Assembly: GCF_003334335.1 (NCBI RefSeq)
Contig: NZ_QOWQ01000053.1
Source: Escherichia coli
GTDB lineage: Bacteria; Pseudomonadota; Gammaproteobacteria; Enterobacterales; Enterobacteriaceae
Length of the DNA stretch: 20,311 bases
Strand: one strand, 5' to 3'
Both the position numbers and the translations under genes were made by a program. The notes below the pieces were generated by a model, which made no database searches, was not told the origin of the DNA, and worked only from the letters and a program-made list of their open reading frames with translations. Positions 17,111 through 20,311 of this stretch are shown here, piece after piece; within the stretch, counting starts at the first letter, position 1; each line of letters opens with the position of its first letter.

Positions 17111-17136
17111 TTTCGCCGATAAAAAGTGTCCCATAC

Positions 17137-17156
17137 ATGCCCCATTGATGCCCCAT
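17137..17156. repeat. Tandem ATGCCCCAT x2 with 11-bp register
   Basis: atgccccat occurs at 17137-17145 and 17148-17156. Confidence 0.6.
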
Positions 17157-17171
17157 AAACAATATCAGGAA

Positions 17172-17201
17172 TTGACACTGGTTATCCATACAGACAAAAA
17201 T
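17172..17201 (+). promoter_or_regulatory. Candidate promoter of the dinI-like gene (TTGACA-18 nt-AAAAAT)
   Basis: A perfect -35 ttgaca at 17172-17177 and a weak -10 aaaaat at 17196-17201. The predicted TSS falls inside the LexA box. Confidence 0.35.
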
Positions 17202-17206
17202 AACAC

Positions 17207-17222
17207 CTGTACATAACCACAG
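17207..17222 (+). promoter_or_regulatory. LexA (SOS) box CTG-N10-CAG
   Basis: acCTGtacataaccaCAGtt has the CTGT-N8-ACAG core. It lies 16 nt upstream of the dinI-like ATG and resembles the chromosomal dinI operator as I remember it (ACCTGTATAAATAACCAGTA). Confidence 0.6.
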
Positions 17223-17237
17223 TTACAGGAGGGTGTT

Positions 17238-17486
17238 ATGCGTGTTGAGATCTGTATCGCTAAAGAAAAAATCAGCAAAATGCCAAAAGGTTCTGTTTCT
17301 GCCCTGCAGCAAGAAATGCTTCGACGTGTCAGTAAACGTTATGACGATGTGGACGTGATTGTCAGAGCCGCCAACAATGACAGTCTCACCATTTTAAGAG
17401 CTGTAGATAAAGAATCCGCGCACGAATTTGTTCAGGAAACACTGCAGGAAGCCTGGGAAACCGCTGACGACTGGTTTATTCGGTAA
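17238..17486 (+). CDS. DinI-family protein (82 aa), prophage-encoded
   Basis: AGGAGGG lies 5 nt upstream of the ATG. It aligns with E. coli DinI (MR.E..IAK at the N-terminus; [12 protein letters not shown] against LQETWESADDWF at the C-terminus). Confidence 0.88.
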   Translation: MRVEICIAKEKISKMPKGSVSALQQEMLRRVSKRYDDVDVIVRAANNDSLTILRAVDKESAHEFVQETLQEAWETADDWFIR

Positions 17487-17497
17487 ATCTTCTTTAC

Positions 17498-17524
17498 GGG
17501 GAGTTAACTTACTCCCCATTTTTT
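17498..17524 (+). terminator. Rho-independent terminator of the dinI-like gene
   Basis: ggggagt (17498-17504), loop taactt, actcccc (17511-17517), then A+T6. The T-tract overlaps the stop codon of the convergent small ORF. Confidence 0.8.
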
Positions 17525-17651
17525 ATTGCATGATAATTGCAGCAACGGCACAGAGTGTCACCACACCACCCAGCCACACAAACAGCATGAAGCACATTGC
17601 TCCCGCTGTATAACGTTTTCTCCCGTACATACGGCATTTGTCTTTATTCAT
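17523..17651 (-). CDS. Candidate 42-aa single-pass membrane peptide
   Basis: MNKDKCRMYGRKRYTAGAMCFMLFVWLGGVVTLCAVAAIIMQ has a basic N-terminus followed by a ~24-residue hydrophobic helix. AGGGG lies 6 nt upstream of this ATG, and a second ATG sits one codon upstream at 17654. The ORF lies 46 nt downstream of the LuxR-type gene on the same strand. I recognise no family. Confidence 0.3.
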   Translation of the reverse strand: MNKDKCRMYGRKRYTAGAMCFMLFVWLGGVVTLCAVAAIIMQ

Positions 17652-17700
17652 CATCTGCCCCTGAATCACATGAAGACGCTGCAGGTCCGGTAACACTGAA

Positions 17701-18174
17701 TCACTCCGCACACGCAAGATGTTTCACGCTCACACCATACAGCCCGTTTTTCGCCATTCCCGTATACAGAAAGGTATTCACCGTCTTCGTGTGAATGCCC
17801 ATTTCACTGGCAAGGCGACAGGGTCTCGACTGGCGGTAGACGTAGCCAAACATCACCACCATCTCTGACATCGTCAGCGGACGGGCAACGCTGTTATACG
17901 TCCATACACCATTGCGTATGGCATCACTTATCTGCTCACCATCACGGAGTGATTCCGCACCCAGTTGCAGAAAATGCCGTCCCTGGAACATGCAGCGCAT
18001 CAGTCTGCCCAGCAACGTATCACAGATTATCAGCCAGGATTCGTCAAAGTCCGGGATATAACGGCGGTTCTCCGGCAGGAAAAACTCCCTCGCCAGTATC
18101 ACACTGTGTTCCTTCAGTAACGCCTGCAGACCATACTCCAGATAGCGATTCCTGGTAGCCAGAATCACCTTCAT
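17701..18174 (-). CDS. Small LuxR/GerE-type HTH regulator with a degenerate receiver-like N-terminus (157 aa)
   Basis: The C-terminus LTMSEMVVMF...RLASEMGIHTKTVNTFLYTGMAKNGL fits the LuxR/FixJ HTH pattern (LT..E..V......iA.elgIs.kTV..h...i..KLg.). The N-terminus MKVILATRNRY lacks the acidic DD pocket. ATG 18174 has GGAAGG 7 nt upstream, whereas the track start at 18204 has no SD. Confidence 0.75.
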   Translation of the reverse strand: MKVILATRNRYLEYGLQALLKEHSVILAREFFLPENRRYIPDFDESWLIICDTLLGRLMRCMFQGRHFLQLGAESLRDGEQISDAIRNGVWTYNSVARPLTMSEMVVMFGYVYRQSRPCRLASEMGIHTKTVNTFLYTGMAKNGLYGVSVKHLACAE

Positions 18175-18209
18175 CGCAGCACCTTCCTGTTTTTTATGCC
18201 CCATGAAAA

Positions 18210-18238
18210 ACGGCAGACCAGAGTCCTGCGCCTGCCGT
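18210..18238 (-). terminator. Weak terminator/attenuator after the adhesin gene
   Basis: On the - strand acggcag (18238-18232) pairs with ctgccgt (18216-18210) around a 15-nt loop, followed by only TTTT. It sits directly upstream of the LuxR-type gene, so read-through is likely. Confidence 0.35.
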
Positions 18239-18262
18239 CATGCTTCATGTCACTGTCAGCAA

Positions 18263-19336
18263 TTAAAACTCGAAGTTCACACCTACGTTGTAGGAAACAT
18301 CACCGTCGCTGGCCGCAATACCTGCTTTGGCTGCGGTCTGCTCGTTGAAGCGGTAACCCACACCAACAGCCACAGCCTGTTTGTCACTGTAACCACCCAG
18401 GGCTGCCGTGGCGTTGAATTTACCCACACTGTACGGCTGGAACAGACCGGACAGCGCCGCACTCTGTGCTGCCGCACGTTTCATTTCTTCGTGGTTTTCA
18501 CGAATCTGGCGCTGCTGGCTGTTCAGGCGTGCGTTATGCTCCTGCAGCTGGCGGGAGTGATTCTGGATAGCCTGGGTGTTACTGCGGGTTCTGTTGTCGA
18601 GGCTGACAACAGCATCATTCACACGAACGTTGCCCGGTGCGCTCTGGTCAAGTGTATAGCTGCCATCTTTATTCTGATAAATTGTTGTATCTGCTTTCAC
18701 ACCCGCAACAACGCTCTTCACAGATACACTTTCAACACCCTGTCCATCAGTAATTTCACCATTCTCATCAAGGGCAAATGTAGTGGCATTTTTCAGGTCA
18801 TTTACATTTGTGCCGAGACGGTTGAACTCATTCAGTAACCCACCTGTCGAATCCTGTTTAACAGCAGCCAGAGCTGACTCAACACTAACACCGTTGTTAA
18901 TGGCTGTGTTATAAGCCCTTGCTGTTTTTGTTGTAATGGTTTCTGAAACAATATCGATGGTTTCTTTTAGTTTATTTAGTTTTTCCTCTGTTATATTTCC
19001 AATGTTTTCTTTTTTTAGTTCTGGTGCATCAATAGTGTAACGAACAGACTCCAGAAGTGATTGAACCTTATCCTTGTTTTTTATATCATTTACATTTATA
19101 CCATTTACTTTTTTCTTCCACTCATCTCTATTAAACGTTGTAATAGTTCCTGTGACCGTGTTAGCAATAATTCCTTCGCCATTTTTATTTACAATTTTAG
19201 CCATATCACCGTTATTATAAAACTCAACTCTGAAATCACCTCTTGTAAAATTCTCCTGCGCTATAGCACCACCACTCACCAACAACAGACCGGCAACAGC
19301 AGATGAAAGAATAGTCTTTGTAAATTTCTTGCTCAT
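18263..19336 (-). CDS. Trimeric autotransporter adhesin with YadA-type C-terminal anchor, Eib-like (357 aa)
   Basis: The Sec signal peptide [26 protein letters not shown]|QE is followed by a Q/N/R-rich coiled-coil stalk ([37 protein letters not shown]). The C-terminal 4-strand anchor is [63 protein letters not shown], ending in aromatic F. From memory this anchor is very close to the prophage-borne Eib proteins. Confidence 0.9.
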   Translation of the reverse strand: MSKKFTKTILSSAVAGLLLVSGGAIAQENFTRGDFRVEFYNNGDMAKIVNKNGEGIIANTVTGTITTFNRDEWKKKVNGINVNDIKNKDKVQSLLESVRYTIDAPELKKENIGNITEEKLNKLKETIDIVSETITTKTARAYNTAINNGVSVESALAAVKQDSTGGLLNEFNRLGTNVNDLKNATTFALDENGEITDGQGVESVSVKSVVAGVKADTTIYQNKDGSYTLDQSAPGNVRVNDAVVSLDNRTRSNTQAIQNHSRQLQEHNARLNSQQRQIRENHEEMKRAAAQSAALSGLFQPYSVGKFNATAALGGYSDKQAVAVGVGYRFNEQTAAKAGIAASDGDVSYNVGVNFEF

Positions 19337-19353
19337 GTGGTATACCCTATAAA

Positions 19354-19382
19354 ATTATCTGTATACAAATAAAACAGTTCAA
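19354..19382 (-). promoter_or_regulatory. Candidate sigma70 promoter of the adhesin gene (TTGAAC-17 nt-GATAAT)
   Basis: On the - strand the -35 is ttgaac (19382-19377), the spacer is 17 nt, and the -10 is gataat (19359-19354). The palindrome TGTATACA (19360-19367) lies in the spacer. The ATG is about 18-25 nt downstream of the predicted TSS. Confidence 0.45.
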
Positions 19383-19439
19383 CATCGGATATATAAAGAA
19401 AATCTGATGTCTCGCCGCTCTCATGAGCTTACTCCTGAA

Positions 19440-19477
19440 GAAATTCCGAATTTTAATATGAAGTTTTTCGGAATTTC
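19440..19477. repeat. Perfect 11-bp inverted repeat GAAATTCCGAA / TTCGGAATTTC with a 16-nt spacer
   Basis: The arms are at 19440-19450 and 19467-19477. The repeat lies about 60-100 bp upstream of the adhesin promoter candidate. Confidence 0.75.
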
Positions 19478-19712
19478 CTTACTATAACGTCGGTGATATC
19501 ACGTCCGCGAAGGGGTATCCGCATTACGACTGGCCTGCCACTTATGCTGTCTCTTTATTCATCAACAATTTGTATACGGTTACATCTTTAATTGTGAAGT
19601 TAGTCACAAAAAGAAGAAAGTCAAATAATCAAATTGTGCTTAACTGTTTACATCAGCACAATCTGATAACCATTGAAGGACGCACTAAATTATTTTCAGC
19701 AATCCCTCAGCC

Positions 19713-19729
19713 TACGAAAATTCTGTATT
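19713..19729. repeat. Copy 1 of the exact 17-mer TACGAAAATTCTGTATT
   Basis: It is identical to 19889-19905, which lies 176 bp away. Confidence 0.85.
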
Positions 19730-19882
19730 TGATGATTGTTTTATTTGCTCTCTTTTTATGCAGCCATTCTGTTGCTTATAAAAAAGCACCACTATCTCAT
19801 GTATAATTTCTGGGTCTGTCGTCTCCCCGTTTTTCACTTACAGATGCCGGGCAACATTCAGTTGCCGGAATCAGCAGTTACC

Positions 19883-19909
19883 ATGCAATACGAAAATTCT
19901 GTATTGCAT
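19883..19909. repeat. Copy 2 of the 17-mer, embedded in the perfect 9-bp inverted repeat ATGCAATAC / GTATTGCAT
   Basis: The 17-mer is at 19889-19905. The inverted-repeat arms are at 19883-19891 and 19901-19909 around a 9-nt loop gaaaattct. Confidence 0.85.
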
Positions 19910-19977
19910 CCACGCCCTCATCTCAATATCTTTGTCGCCGGATAAAAATAACTATCAACCACAAGTATCATGCTCTC

Positions 19978-20003
19978 GGGGAGCACGCACTCCCCAGTTT
20001 TTT
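19978..20003 (+). terminator. Rho-independent terminator, + orientation
   Basis: ggggag (19978-19983), loop cacgca, ctcccc (19990-19995), then ag and T6 (19998-20003). On the - strand no T-tract follows the hairpin. Confidence 0.75.
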
Positions 20004-20106
20004 ATCTTTGACAGGGGTGAAGGAGGCCGTTGCATCTCCTTTAATTATCATTGCCAGATTATTTCCTCGACCTGAGTATTCTTTATTTAGCCATAGTTTT
20101 GTAGCA

Positions 20107-20132
20107 AGGGGCTGGAGCGCCCCTCTTTTTTT
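20107..20132 (+). terminator. Rho-independent terminator, + orientation, abutting the stop of the convergent phage gene
   Basis: aggggc (20107-20112), loop tggagc, gcccct (20119-20124), then c and T7 (20126-20132). The last T is part of the - strand stop codon (20132-20134). Confidence 0.7.
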
Positions 20133-20311
20133 CACCTGTCAGCCATGCCGACCTTATACGCCAGTATAGCTTCCGCATCACCCAGCGCTTCAATCTCTTT
20201 TTTCATCGTGCGCTGTCTGACATGAATTTCCAGACCTTTGGTAAACATCGCCTGCTCTGCAGCAGCACTCAGAGCAATCAGTGTTTCAGCGTCCATCGGT
20301 ACGTCATTATT
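20132..20311 (-). CDS. 3' end (59 codons) of a phage gene truncated by the window edge, possibly a tail-fibre-region protein with a DUF4376-like C-terminus
   Basis: The - strand frame is open to the window edge: ...NNDVPMDAETLIALSAAAEQAMFTKGLEIHVRQRTMKKEIEALGDAEAILAYKVGMADR*. The pattern resembles C-terminal domains I associate with phage tail-fibre accessory proteins. That assignment is from memory only. Confidence 0.55.
   Translation of the reverse strand, partial: NNDVPMDAETLIALSAAAEQAMFTKGLEIHVRQRTMKKEIEALGDAEAILAYKVGMADR

Larger units (their letters stand above)
19814..20003 (+). ncRNA. Candidate ~190-nt structured prophage sRNA
   Basis: A perfect TATAAT at 19802-19807 is preceded by TG and an A/T-rich tract, with no good -35. 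Downstream are hairpins at 19847-19868 (ccgggcaac/gttgccgg, one bulge) and 19883-19909, a CA-rich linker (atcaaccacaagtatca), and the intrinsic terminator at 19978-20003. There is no credible ORF on either strand. Confidence 0.3.
17011..20311. mobile_element. End of an integrated lambdoid-type prophage (cargo/b-region side), continuing beyond the window
   Basis: There is an abrupt loss of mlrA homology. What follows is phage-typical: a dinI-like gene with a LexA box, morons with their own promoters and terminators, a mosaic GC profile, and the 3' end of a phage gene reading towards the junction. From memory, mlrA/yehV is a known lambdoid (including Stx1) prophage integration site. Confidence 0.8.

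Noticed and set aside
16937-17122. A 61-aa ORF spanning the junction. Its tail, ..IDEDRPGAPFFKGWIDDS.., faintly resembles MlrA ..DIDRIREIKRWIDNG.., raising the idea that the phage carries a surrogate mlrA 3' part.
   Set aside because: It is in a different frame from the mlrA fragment, only about 7 residues are similar, the spacing is wrong (58 nt versus 99 nt from codon 23), and it stops after 20 more codons. This is most likely chance. It is worth only a quick nucleotide alignment to native mlrA.
18203-18838. A 211-aa + strand ORF antisense to the adhesin gene.
   Set aside because: It is a Cys/Val/Thr-rich shadow frame of the strongly supported - strand gene, with no SD or promoter.
19235-19243. 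An RGD tripeptide (FTRGDF) six residues into the mature adhesin, considered as a possible integrin-binding motif.
   Set aside because: A single tripeptide is expected by chance often enough. Without structure or conservation data it is not evidence of integrin binding.
19570-19945. + strand ORFs of 78 and 69 aa in the AT-rich spacer.
   Set aside because: They have non-ATG starts, no SD, and hydrophobic low-complexity translations typical of AT-rich non-coding DNA. They overlap the repeats and hairpins, which are better explained as RNA or DNA elements.
20019-20041. A strong SD-like GAAGGAGG followed by TTG, and on the other strand AAGGAG directly abutting an ATG that opens a 27-codon frame.
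   Set aside because: The + frame stops after 4 codons. The - frame has zero SD spacing and runs through a terminator hairpin. GAAGGAG/CTCCTT more likely form a 6-bp RNA hairpin (20020-20041).
17011-20311. Calling the element an Stx1 (or any specific) phage and the strain O157:H7.
   Set aside because: No toxin, integrase, repressor or structural gene is in the window. Only the integration site and cargo are visible, and several unrelated lambdoid phages use mlrA.
1-20311. A scan for CRISPR arrays, tRNA/rRNA genes, IS elements, REP/BIME clusters and toxin-antitoxin pairs.
   Set aside because: I could see no regularly spaced repeats, no cloverleaf-like or rRNA-like sequence, no transposase-like ORF or terminal inverted repeats, and no two-gene TA-like pair by eye. 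Short REP-like elements could still have been missed without computation.

Overview
Escherichia coli-type chromosome, recognised from the translated ORFs and not from any search. It carries the yeh locus in K-12 order. On the + strand: molR/yehH' (disrupted), yehI, yehK, yehL-yehM-yehP-yehQ and yehR. On the - strand: yehS, btsR(yehT) and btsS(yehU). Then come the first 22 codons of mlrA(yehV) on +. At about 17011 the mlrA homology stops abruptly. The last 3.3 kb is the cargo end of an integrated lambdoid-type prophage. It contains att-arm-like phased repeats and a LexA-boxed dinI-like gene (+). Reading leftward it has a candidate 42-aa membrane peptide, a small LuxR/GerE-type regulator, an Eib/YadA-type trimeric autotransporter adhesin, about 0.75 kb of ORF-free but highly structured DNA with two +strand intrinsic terminators, and the 3' end of a phage gene that runs off the window. 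I see no rRNA, tRNA, CRISPR array, IS/transposase or integrase. Three things are most worth a second look. (i) The uncharacterised MoxR-AAA+/VWA/double-SWIM/DUF4132 gene set (yehH/I plus yehLMPQ) is tightly translationally coupled and has a decaying tandem paralogue. (ii) A promoter-to-terminator unit of about 80 nt lies between yehK and yehL. (iii) The mlrA::prophage junction carries a moron cluster that includes candidate prophage sRNAs. All family names come from motif reading and memory. Start codons were refined by hand from the ORF track.
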